Origin: Candidatus Portnoybacteria bacterium
GTDB taxonomy: Bacteria > Patescibacteriota > Minisyncoccia > Portnoybacterales > GWB1-42-6
Direction of reading: 5' to 3'
NCBI GenBank assembly: GCA_028688325.1
Contig: JAQTYI010000004.1
Span: forward strand, 8,638-72,637
Length of the DNA stretch: 64,000 nucleotides
Shown here: piece after piece, positions 28,846 through 37,027 of the stretch
Layout of the letters: each line of letters opens with the position of its first letter
Position numbering within the stretch: the first letter of the stretch is position 1
Position numbers and translations under genes: made by a program
The notes under the pieces: model-generated
Seen by the model: the letters and a program-made list of their open reading frames with translations, nothing else
Databases searched by the model: none
What the model was told of the DNA's origin: nothing

Positions 28846-28874
28846 CAGTTTTTAGTTTGTAGTTTTTAGAAATT

Positions 28875-29369
28875 ATGATAGTTAATATCTTATTAATTTG
28901 CATAATCGTGATTTTGTTGACGGCGGCTTTTTTGTTTACAATTTTGCCATTGGTCGTTCCGGGAATTATTTTTACGATCGCAGCCGCCCTGATACTGGTT
29001 TTCTGGAAAGGAATGGCGGCGCTCGGCATTTGGAATTTAGCCGTGATCTTATTGATGGGCGTCCTTTATTTTTCTTTTGACTGGCTCGGTGGAGCGCTGG
29101 GCGCCAAGAAATTCGGCGGTTCAAAATATGGGGTCTGGGGCGCGATTATTGGTGGAATTCTGGGAATTCCCCTGGGCGGATTACCGGGAGTTATCTTGGG
29201 CACAGTGATTGGCGCGGCGGTTTTCGAACTTCTGTTCAATAAAGAAAAATTCGGCCAGTCGTTGAAGATCGGTTTTGGAGCGGGCCTTGGTTTTGTTTTA
29301 GGCACCTTTGGCAAAGTAATTTTGGTGATAATAGCGACAATCTCATTCGTTTCAGGCGTTTGGAAATAA
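28875..29369 (+). CDS. DUF456 family membrane protein
   Basis: LP.VPG, GAKKFGGSKYGVWGAIIGGILG, G...GA..FEL. Confidence 0.85.
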   Translation: MIVNILLICIIVILLTAAFLFTILPLVVPGIIFTIAAALILVFWKGMAALGIWNLAVILLMGVLYFSFDWLGGALGAKKFGGSKYGVWGAIIGGILGIPLGGLPGVILGTVIGAAVFELLFNKEKFGQSLKIGFGAGLGFVLGTFGKVILVIIATISFVSGVWK

Positions 29370-29370
29370 A

Positions 29371-29808
29371 TAACAGTTTTTAGTTTGTAGTTTTTAGTTT
29401 TTAGACGATGCAATTGAATTCTTATAAAGATCTAAAAGTTTGGCAAAAAGGGTTGGATTTGGTGATTGGGGTTTATGCGTTGACTGAAAAGTTTCCCCAA
29501 TCGGAAATTTATGGTTTGACCTCACAAATGAGAAGGGCGTCTGTTGCCATCCCGTCAAACATTGCTGAAGGTCAGAAAAGAGGCCACTATAAAGAATTTC
29601 TGCAGTTTTTATTCATAGCTTATGGGTCGGGAGCCGAGCTTAAAACGCAGATAGAAATATGTAAAAAGCTTCCCAAAATAAAAAATTTGGATTATAATAA
29701 TTTGGAGTTAGTTTTAGCGGAAGTGATGAAAATGTTAAACGGCCTGATTACTATATTAAAAAAGCGTTTATAGCTTTACTAAAAACTACTTACTACAAAC
29801 TAAAAACT
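29371..29808. repeat. Inverted heptamer-repeat arms enclosing the four-helix-bundle gene
   Basis: agtttttagtttgtagt (29375-29391) is the exact reverse complement of actacaaactaaaaact (29792-29808). Confidence 0.85.
29408..29773 (+). CDS. Four-helix-bundle protein (23S rRNA IVP/bAvd-like family)
   Basis: SYKDLKVWQK, FPQSEIYGLTSQMRRASVAIPSNIAEG, FL.IAYGS.AELKTQ. Confidence 0.92.
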   Translation: MQLNSYKDLKVWQKGLDLVIGVYALTEKFPQSEIYGLTSQMRRASVAIPSNIAEGQKRGHYKEFLQFLFIAYGSGAELKTQIEICKKLPKIKNLDYNNLELVLAEVMKMLNGLITILKKRL

Positions 29809-29816
29809 ATATATAT

Positions 29817-29888
29817 TCCGCGGTAGCTCAGTGGTAGAGCGAGCGACTGTTAATCGCTTGGTCGCAGGTTCGAATCCTGCCCGCGGAG
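29817..29888 (+). tRNA. tRNA-Asn(GTT), CCA not encoded
   Basis: TCCGCGG/CCGCGGA acceptor, AGCGA-CTGTTAA-TCGCT, GCAGG-TTCGAAT-CCTGC. Confidence 0.96.
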
Positions 29889-30008
29889 CACGAACAAAGT
29901 GAGTGCGTAGCGGCTTGCGCCCATCCGTAGTTTTAACGAAGGAGGGCCCGCGGAGCTATTAATAAAGGTCGATGAAAATTTAATCAGTTTTTTTAAATTA
30001 TCATTTTT

Positions 30009-30152
30009 ATGAAGAGAGAAAATTGGGCATTAGGATTTCTCGGATTAATGGGGCTCCAGGGTGTATTAGGTCTTTTAAAAGGAGATTATGTAGAAGCTAT
30101 TTCGATGGTTTGGTTTGTCTGGTTTATTTTTTTTATACCCAAGAAGTCATAA
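30009..30152 (+). CDS. Small membrane protein (47 aa)
   Basis: MKRENWALGFLGLMGLQGVLGLLKGDYVEAISMVWFVWFIFFIPKKS. Confidence 0.5.
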   Translation: MKRENWALGFLGLMGLQGVLGLLKGDYVEAISMVWFVWFIFFIPKKS

Positions 30153-30189
30153 AGCGGAGTGGACTCCAATAATCGAAAGTCGGCCAGTT

Positions 30190-30234
30190 AAAAAGTGTCA
30201 GGTACTTTGAGTTTAGAGTACCTGACACTTTTTT
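30190..30234 (+). terminator. Strong intrinsic terminator
   Basis: aaaaagtgtcaggtact-loop-agtacctgacacttttt stem with a U-tract. Confidence 0.75.
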
Positions 30235-30274
30235 ATTTTTGTTGTATAATTAACGCAGAGTAAAAAATTATGAT

Positions 30275-30448
30275 ATGAAAAAATATTATAAAATAATATT
30301 ATATTTTCTTTTAGTGTTGTTTGGCGCTTTTATGTTTGTTTATGGCGGATATGACGACAGCCCCGGCGCGCAGTTGCTGGGAGTTCTTGCGGTTGTTGGC
30401 GGCATTATCGGCGTTATAAAGAGCAGAAGAAAATCGAATGATATATGA
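30275..30448 (+). CDS. Small 2-TM protein with a GGYDDSPGAQ loop (57 aa)
   Basis: Hand translation; two TMs around DDSPG; tgtataat upstream. Confidence 0.6.
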   Translation: MKKYYKIILYFLLVLFGAFMFVYGGYDDSPGAQLLGVLAVVGGIIGVIKSRRKSNDI

Positions 30449-30534
30449 ACAATTTTAATTCCTTGCGGATATTCTAAACAATATGTTCGGGAAATAAGCG
30501 GCGCCTAATCTTTAATAATTAATTCAAAAATCTT

Positions 30535-30936
30535 ATGCTAAAAGAATTCAAGCAGTTTTTACTTCGGGGAAATGTCGTTGACCTGGCGGTTGGCGTGATT
30601 ATCGGCGCGGCTTTCGGTTCCGTCGTTACCGCTTTGGTTTCGGATCTATTGACTCCGTTTATCGCCGCCATTGCTAAAGTTCCGGATTTTTCCGGTTTTG
30701 CTTTCACGGTTAATGGCAGCAAATTCATGATAGGGCATTTTATAAACGCTCTAATATCGTTCATATTGGTCGCGGCCGCCATTTTCTTTTTTGTGGTGAA
30801 GCCCATGAATATGCTGATTGCCCGCTCTAAAAAAGGAGCGCCGGTGGATCCGACCACCAAAAAATGCAAAGAATGCTTGAGTGAAATTCCCATTGACGCC
30901 AGACGCTGCTCGCATTGCACTCAGCTTGCGGATTAA
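30535..30936 (+). CDS. mscL: Large-conductance mechanosensitive channel with a C-terminal CxxC...CxxC ribbon
   Basis: LKEFKQFLLRGNVVDLAVGVIIGAAFG. Confidence 0.94.
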   Translation: MLKEFKQFLLRGNVVDLAVGVIIGAAFGSVVTALVSDLLTPFIAAIAKVPDFSGFAFTVNGSKFMIGHFINALISFILVAAAIFFFVVKPMNMLIARSKKGAPVDPTTKKCKECLSEIPIDARRCSHCTQLAD

Positions 30937-30945
30937 TTATTTTGT

Positions 30946-31680
30946 ATGAAGGACAACGCTGTCAAAAAAATTGTAAAGGATAAATATGCCCAGATAGCCA
31001 AAAGCGGCTCCGGTTGCGGTTGCAGTTGCAACAGCGCCGGCGCTATTTCCAGGGATATCGGTTATTCCGACGAAGAATTAGCGATTGTCGGCGCGGCTAA
31101 TCTTGGTTTGGGTTGCGGCAATCCTTTGGCATTCGGGAAAATAAAAGAAGGCGATATTGTGCTGGACTTGGGGTCGGGAGCGGGGATAGACGCTATTTTG
31201 GCGGCAAAAAAAGTCGGCAGCAGAGGAAAAGTTATCGGCGTCGATATGACCGAAGAGATGGTGGCTAAAGCGAAGACCAATGCAGCAAAACAAAATATAA
31301 CCAACGCGGAATTCTATTTGGGCGAAATCGAAAATTTGCCGCTTAATGATAATTCCGTTGATACGATAATCACCAATTGCGTGATAAATTTGACTCCCGA
31401 CAAAGCCAAAACATTCAAGGAGGCCTACAGGGTTTTAAAGCCGGGAGGAAAAATATATCTTTCCGATATTGTTTTATTGGAAGAGCTTATAAAAGAGCAG
31501 AGAAGCGATAAGGACTTGATAGCCGGCTGCGTGGCGGGCGCGTTATTGAGGGATGACTATCTGGATAAGATAAAGAGCGCCGGTTTTAAGGTTAAAATTT
31601 TGCACGAAAATAAAGAAATAAGCAAAACCCAATATAATGGCATTCCCTTGGAAAGCATTATGGTGGAGTTGGAAAAATAA
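30946..31680 (+). CDS. arsM: Arsenite S-adenosylmethionine methyltransferase
   Basis: [34 protein letters not shown]. Confidence 0.88.
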   Translation: MKDNAVKKIVKDKYAQIAKSGSGCGCSCNSAGAISRDIGYSDEELAIVGAANLGLGCGNPLAFGKIKEGDIVLDLGSGAGIDAILAAKKVGSRGKVIGVDMTEEMVAKAKTNAAKQNITNAEFYLGEIENLPLNDNSVDTIITNCVINLTPDKAKTFKEAYRVLKPGGKIYLSDIVLLEELIKEQRSDKDLIAGCVAGALLRDDYLDKIKSAGFKVKILHENKEISKTQYNGIPLESIMVELEK

Positions 31681-31769
31681 AATTTCTATAAGATTTCTTT
31701 TATATATATTCCGATGTAGCACATCGGAATATATATAAATGCATATAGAGTCCTTTCAATGCGGAGAGC

Positions 31770-31820
31770 TTGACAGGATTTTTATTTATGATAACATTCA
31801 AATATATATTTGAATGTTAT
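31770..31820 (+). promoter_or_regulatory. Promoter plus a perfect 30-bp palindrome (probable ArsR/SmtB operator)
   Basis: TTGACA at 31770; ataacattcaaatat|atatttgaatgttat at 31791-31820 directly before the ArsR ATG. Confidence 0.75.
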
Positions 31821-31823
31821 TTT

Positions 31824-32120
31824 ATGTCCGGAAAAATGAAAGCAAAAAAAGAATTTGTCCGTTTTGCGGATTTTTTGAAAACCATCGGCCATCCCAACCG
31901 CCTGAAGATAATCTGCCTGCTTTTGGGGCATAAAAAAATATGCGTTTCCGAAGTCGCTTTGCGTTCTGGTCTTTCCGTGGCCGACGCTTCCCATCATTTG
32001 AGGGTTATGGCACGCCGCGGCATCTTGAGGCCTCAAAGGCGCGGAAAAGAGATATGTTATGCGATAGGAAGCGGAGAATTTGTTTCGGATATCAAGCGGC
32101 TTATATGTAAATATAAATAA
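31824..32120 (+). CDS. ArsR/SmtB family regulator
   Basis: LKTIGHPNRLKII.LL, ICVSEV, ASHHLRVM, RRGKEICY. Confidence 0.9.
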   Translation: MSGKMKAKKEFVRFADFLKTIGHPNRLKIICLLLGHKKICVSEVALRSGLSVADASHHLRVMARRGILRPQRRGKEICYAIGSGEFVSDIKRLICKYK

Positions 32121-32137
32121 ACATTAATCATAAAAAA

Positions 32138-32380
32138 ATGAGCAAAAACACGATCACGGTTTACTCAACCCCGACTTGCCATTACTGCGTTATGGCTAAA
32201 GAGTATTTTAAGAAAAATAATCTGGAATTCAAGGATGTGGATGTCAGCGTCAGTGAGGCCGCCGCGCGCGAGATGATAGATAAAAGCGGCCAGATGGGTG
32301 TGCCGGTTATAGAGGTGAATGGAAAGTTAGTTGTCGGTTTCCGGCCGGATGTCATCGAAAAGCTTCTCATAAAAGATTGA
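32138..32380 (+). CDS. Glutaredoxin/NrdH-like redoxin (CHYC)
   Basis: VYSTPTCHYC, KSGQMGVPVI, VGF. Confidence 0.92.
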   Translation: MSKNTITVYSTPTCHYCVMAKEYFKKNNLEFKDVDVSVSEAAAREMIDKSGQMGVPVIEVNGKLVVGFRPDVIEKLLIKD

Positions 32381-32483
32381 TCTCGTTTTAACCGCATTTT
32401 TATCTTTTTGGAGTAAATTGGCGGTAAACGGATAAGTTGGTCGGCTTTTCGTTTATAATCTTTAAGAATAAAAAATTAAAAAT

Positions 32484-32741
32484 ATGTATGGATATTTGAA
32501 CAATTGCATGACAGGTTTTGGTTATGGCGGATTCGGTATGGTTCTGGCCGTTATTTGGTGGGTGATCATCATCGCGCTAATAATTTTGTTGGCGCGTTGG
32601 CTTTTGGGGGACTCGCGCCATCGGAAGATATGGCGGCCGGGAGAAAAAAATGCCATAGAAATTTTAGAAGAACGCTACGCCAAAGGAGAAATAGACAAAG
32701 AGGAATTTGAGACAAAGAAAAAAAACCTGGATAAACAATAG
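32484..32741 (+). CDS. SHOCT-domain membrane protein
   Basis: Gly-rich N-terminus, one TM, AIEILEERYAKGEIDKEEF. Confidence 0.88.
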   Translation: MYGYLNNCMTGFGYGGFGMVLAVIWWVIIIALIILLARWLLGDSRHRKIWRPGEKNAIEILEERYAKGEIDKEEFETKKKNLDKQ

Positions 32742-32908
32742 CCGTCATTGAGGGATGCATCGCCAGCGGCTGTTTAAAATAACCCGTGTTTAACGGGTTA
32801 TTTTTTTAGTCGGCGCAACCGATTTTTACCTTGCGCGTTATATGTATATTCAGGGGCGAGGTCGAGCCCCGGTCAAATTAAAAAACAATAATCATTAAAT
32901 CATAATTT

Positions 32909-33865
32909 ATGAAAAATTTAACTAAAATAGCGATTGCGGGTTTTTTAATTTCCGTAATAGCGCCGTTGGCATCGTTGTTTGTGGCAACCGCCGACGCGGC
33001 CACTGCCGCGGATGTGGCGACGCACAACTCGCAAACCAACTGCTGGGTGATAGCGAACAACAGGGTTTATAATATAACAGCTTATCTGCCAAATCATCCG
33101 GGCGGCATCAACGCCATTCTGCCTTATTGCGGCCACGACATCACAAGCGCATTTTCGGGGCATTCGCAAAACGCCAATACGATATTGGCCAATTATTATG
33201 TGAGTGATTTGATTATACCGGATACCACCAGGCCGGTCATCACCCGCTTGGGCGTTTCTCCGGTTAATGTGATCGTCGGCAATGTTTATACTGATGCCGG
33301 CGCCACCGCTCTGGATAATGTGGACGGCAACATCACAAGTAGGATTGTCACCGTAAACCCCGTTAGCACGACGACCCTCGGAACCTATACGGTTACATAT
33401 AATGTTTCCGATACGGCCGGCAACGCGGCTTTACAGGTGATAAGGACTGTCAATGTTGTGGCTACGACGACTCCTTCGCCTACGCCGAGTCCGACGGCTC
33501 CGCCATCGCCAAGCCGGCAGATCAATATTTCAGGAAGAGTCACAGCCATCTCTAGTAGCAGCTTGACGATTTTAACCGAAGAGCGCGGCAGCTGGATAGC
33601 CGATTTGGCCACATCGACTGCTATAGTGAAAAGAGGAAAGCCGTCGTTGTTCTCCGGCATAATTGTCGGCACAAAGGTTAAGATCAAAGGCATCCTGGAT
33701 TCCGCCGGTAACCGCATCATAGCCGTAAAAATAATAATTACCGGAAAGAAGGACCATCTGGAGGACAACCACTCGCTGAATGGAGAGGATAAAGGCAAAA
33801 AAAACGGATGGCATCAGCTTGGTAGGGACGATGACGACGAGAACGAGTCCGAGCAAGATGACTAA
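32909..33865 (+). CDS. Exported protein: cytochrome b5-like heme domain, Ig-like (DUF5011-type) domain, Pro/Thr linker, OB-like domain
   Basis: Signal peptide; HNSQTNCWVI..RVYNIT.YL..HPGG...CG.D.T..F..HS; PVITRLG...YTDAGATALDNVDG...GTYTVTYNVSD.AGN. Confidence 0.8.
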   Translation: MKNLTKIAIAGFLISVIAPLASLFVATADAATAADVATHNSQTNCWVIANNRVYNITAYLPNHPGGINAILPYCGHDITSAFSGHSQNANTILANYYVSDLIIPDTTRPVITRLGVSPVNVIVGNVYTDAGATALDNVDGNITSRIVTVNPVSTTTLGTYTVTYNVSDTAGNAALQVIRTVNVVATTTPSPTPSPTAPPSPSRQINISGRVTAISSSSLTILTEERGSWIADLATSTAIVKRGKPSLFSGIIVGTKVKIKGILDSAGNRIIAVKIIITGKKDHLEDNHSLNGEDKGKKNGWHQLGRDDDDENESEQDD

Positions 33866-33971
33866 AAAAATATTCGGATAGCTCTTTCCAGCCAGGTCAT
33901 GGTATCGCAAAAACCTCTTGATATTTTTCGGGGGTTTTTGCTTTTTTGGGAGAAAATGATAAGGTAGGATT

Positions 33972-35231
33972 ATGGAAAAAGAACAAGAAATCTACGATGT
34001 GGCCGTTATCGGCGGAGGTCCCGCCGGAATGATGGCGGCTTGTCGCTCGGCGGAACTCGGCGCCAAGGTTGTTTTGCTTGAGAGAAACAAGGCCTTAGGC
34101 AGGAAGCTGTTGTTGACCGGCAACGAAAGGTGCAATATCACCCAGGCCAATTTCAACGACAAGGAATTCATAAAAAAACTGGGCAAGAACGGCTCTTGGC
34201 TTTTTTCGGTTTTGGCGGCGTTCGGACCCAGGGATATGATGGAGTTTCTGGCCAAGCGCGGCCTCAAAACCAAAACAGAGAAAGACGGCCGGGTCTTTCC
34301 GGTTTCCGACCGCGCCCAGGATGTATTGACTATATTTTTAAAGTACTTGGAAGAGAAAAGTGTTAAGGTCATGTGCCAAGAAAAGATATCGGGTTTAAAT
34401 ATCAAAAATAAATCGGTTGAAAGCGCGCAACTGGCAAATGACAGGAAAATTTATGCCAAGGCGTTTATTTTATGCTCGGGCGGAGCAACTTATCCTTTAA
34501 CCGGCTCCAGCGGCGACGGATATGAGTTTGCAAAAAAAATGGGGCACAACATAGTCGCTCCGCGGCCGGCGCTCGCTCCCGTCGAGATAGCGGAGGACTG
34601 GGCCAAGGCAATGCCGGGACTGGGTTTAAAAAATGTCGGAATGAGAATATTTTTGGACGGCAAAAAGCAGGAATCTAAAACAGGGGATATGATATTCACG
34701 CATTATGGCATCAGCGGGCCGATGGTGCTTGATATGAGTAAAAAAATAGCGGAGCTGGCGCTTGCCGGCAAAGTTGCCGTTGAAGTAGATTTGAAACCCG
34801 AGATGGATCTACAGGAAGCGGATAAATGGCTACAGACGGAATTTGCCGCCAACGCCAACCGCGACCTGAAAAATTATTTGCCCGGGATAATGCCACAGCG
34901 CTTGGCCGATCTTTTTATGGAGTTATCCAAGATCAGTCCCAAAAAGAAAATAAACCTGATAACGCGCGAGGAACGGAAAAAACTGCTGGTGCTTCTCAAG
35001 GGGCTGAAAATGACGGCGCGCGGCTCGATGGGTTTTGAGCAGGCCAATATAACCAGCGGCGGAGTGGACTTGGCGGAAATTGACTCAAGAACAATGATGT
35101 CCAAAAAAATAAAAAATCTCTTTTTTGCGGGCGAGATAATAGATCTGGACGGCCCGACCGGCGGCTATAATTTGCAGATTTGCTGGTCTACAGGTTTTGC
35201 CGCGGGCAGCAATACGGGGCTGGGAAAATAA
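33972..35231 (+). CDS. HI0933/YhiN (BaiN-like) flavoprotein
   Basis: IGGGPAGMMAA, GRKLLLTGN.RCN, GRVFP, FTHYGISGP, GEIIDLDGPTGGYNLQ. Confidence 0.93.
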   Translation: MEKEQEIYDVAVIGGGPAGMMAACRSAELGAKVVLLERNKALGRKLLLTGNERCNITQANFNDKEFIKKLGKNGSWLFSVLAAFGPRDMMEFLAKRGLKTKTEKDGRVFPVSDRAQDVLTIFLKYLEEKSVKVMCQEKISGLNIKNKSVESAQLANDRKIYAKAFILCSGGATYPLTGSSGDGYEFAKKMGHNIVAPRPALAPVEIAEDWAKAMPGLGLKNVGMRIFLDGKKQESKTGDMIFTHYGISGPMVLDMSKKIAELALAGKVAVEVDLKPEMDLQEADKWLQTEFAANANRDLKNYLPGIMPQRLADLFMELSKISPKKKINLITREERKKLLVLLKGLKMTARGSMGFEQANITSGGVDLAEIDSRTMMSKKIKNLFFAGEIIDLDGPTGGYNLQICWSTGFAAGSNTGLGK

Positions 35232-35276
35232 TGCCGAACGCGGAAAATATTATTTTGAATACGCTATTTTATATTT

Positions 35277-36242
35277 ATGCTAATAGACGATGTAACAATA
35301 AAAGTTAAAGCGGGCAACGGCGGGAACGGCTCGGTGGCTTTTAATAAGACCAAAATGAGCTTGGGCCCGACGGGCGCGGATGGCGGCCACGGCGGAAGCG
35401 TCTACCTTGAAGTTGTGTCGGACCTTGCCGCGCTTGTCCAGTTCCGTTATAAAAAAGAAATAATCGCCAAAAACGGCGAGCGCGGAAAGACGCAATTAAA
35501 TGACGGCTCGAACGGGCCGGATATCGTTTTAAGAGTGCCTGTGGGTACCGTGATCCATAATCTGACAACCGGCGAAGACCTGGAAATCGTGGCCATCGGC
35601 CAGAAAGTTTTGATTGCCAAAGGCGGCCGGGGCGGCCGGGGAAACTATAAATTCCGTTCCGCCATAAATACCAGCCCCGAAGAATTCGAAGAAGGAACGC
35701 CGGGCCAGGAACGCGAACTGCGCTTGGAATTGAAGATGATAGCAGATGTGGGATTTGTGGGGCTTCCCAATGTGGGCAAATCGAGCTTGCTTAACGAAGT
35801 AACCCGCGCCAAAAGCAAAGTAGCCAATTATCATTTCACGACCCTGGATCCGAATCTCGGCGCATATTACGAATTAATCCTGGCGGACTTGCCCGGCCTC
35901 ATAGAGGGCGCGGCGGAAGGCAAAGGGCTAGGCATAAAATTTTTGCGCCATACAGAGCGCACCAAGGCCCTTTTTCATTTTGTTTCCGCGGAATCAGCCG
36001 ATCCCGTTAAGGATTACAATATCATCCGCCGGGAACTTGGCGCGCATAATAAAGCATTACTGGATAAGCCGGAATATGTTTTTTTAAGCAAAGAGGATAT
36101 GCTTTCAAAAGAAGAGGTTGCAAAAAAGTTAGACGCGTTGAAGACCGTCAATAAAGATGCTTTGCCGATATCCATTCACGATATGGATTCCATTAAGCGC
36201 GTTAAAAAAATTTTACGGGAAATAATTAAATTAAAATACTGA
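35277..36242 (+). CDS. obgE: GTPase ObgE
   Basis: Gly-rich Obg fold, [39 protein letters not shown]. Confidence 0.95.
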   Translation: MLIDDVTIKVKAGNGGNGSVAFNKTKMSLGPTGADGGHGGSVYLEVVSDLAALVQFRYKKEIIAKNGERGKTQLNDGSNGPDIVLRVPVGTVIHNLTTGEDLEIVAIGQKVLIAKGGRGGRGNYKFRSAINTSPEEFEEGTPGQERELRLELKMIADVGFVGLPNVGKSSLLNEVTRAKSKVANYHFTTLDPNLGAYYELILADLPGLIEGAAEGKGLGIKFLRHTERTKALFHFVSAESADPVKDYNIIRRELGAHNKALLDKPEYVFLSKEDMLSKEEVAKKLDALKTVNKDALPISIHDMDSIKRVKKILREIIKLKY

Positions 36243-36247
36243 TTTTT

Positions 36248-36520
36248 ATGGTCGTATTCCTGGGTCTGCTGGACATTCACGCCACAATTTTATTGTTAGC
36301 CCTGGCCTTAAGCGTTAAAATTCCGGTTGTTGTTCTGGCCGCAACCATACTTTTGCTTTTCGCCAAGGCCTGCATTTCCATTACGGATATCGGCGCCCTG
36401 CAGGACATTGCAGTGATAATAATTCTGCTGGTGAGCATTTTTACGGCCGTTCCGGCCGCGTTTTTATGCATTGCGGCGGTAATTATCGGGATTAAGGGGT
36501 TGAGCAGCTTAGCGGCCTGA
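36248..36520 (+). CDS. Small multi-TM protein
   Basis: Hydrophobic 90 aa ORF starting 5 nt after obgE. Confidence 0.65.
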   Translation: MVVFLGLLDIHATILLLALALSVKIPVVVLAATILLLFAKACISITDIGALQDIAVIIILLVSIFTAVPAAFLCIAAVIIGIKGLSSLAA

Positions 36521-36674
36521 AGCCAAAAGCGCAAACCCACCTGTTTTTTACAAGGCCCAACGGTTAAAATCAAATAATGATAAAAGTGGATAAGTATTTT
36601 TGAGAATATGCTATAATATAAAAAATGTCCTTTTGGGTTCTTGATAAAAATTAAGATAAGAAAGGAGGGGGGAG

Positions 36675-36929
36675 ATGCCTGACGCTGTTTTTATCGTTTG
36701 TGACGGCCCGAGGTGCGTAAATAAAGAAAATGTCATCGGATGCATCAAAAGAAGATGCGAGACAGATTGCACCATTTGCGAAATTAAATATAGGAAACAA
36801 TTTGAATCCTGCCCGTTTACCGGTTACGGCGGCAAAAAGAGACAAGAGTTAGACGGCAACAAATGTATAAACAGGCATTGTTATTACTGTAAAACATTTG
36901 GCGGAATTCCAGCCAAGGCGGTTCATTGA
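36675..36929 (+). CDS. Cys-rich small hypothetical protein
   Basis: 10 Cys in 84 aa; AGGAGG SD; tgctataat upstream. Confidence 0.55.
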   Translation: MPDAVFIVCDGPRCVNKENVIGCIKRRCETDCTICEIKYRKQFESCPFTGYGGKKRQELDGNKCINRHCYYCKTFGGIPAKAVH

Positions 36930-37027
36930 AGGGGGGGGCGAAAATAAAAATTCGCCCTCTTTTGTTTTTTAAGATAATTTGCTATAATGACACCTGTCGT
37001 TCAGCAGATAAATAAAAAATAAAATCT

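Noticed and set aside
29408-29773. Diversity-generating retroelement suggested by the Avd-like gene
   Set aside because: No reverse transcriptase and no adenine-mismatched TR/VR pair seen in the window.
30535-30936. MscL C-terminal zinc ribbon as a novelty
   Set aside because: I recall this extension in many bacterial MscL homologs, so it is not distinctive.
36240-36242. Alternative genetic code (TGA = Gly) as in Gracilibacteria/Absconditabacteria
   Set aside because: TGA terminates obgE, uvrC, uppP and others at expected positions, and conserved genes have no internal TGA.
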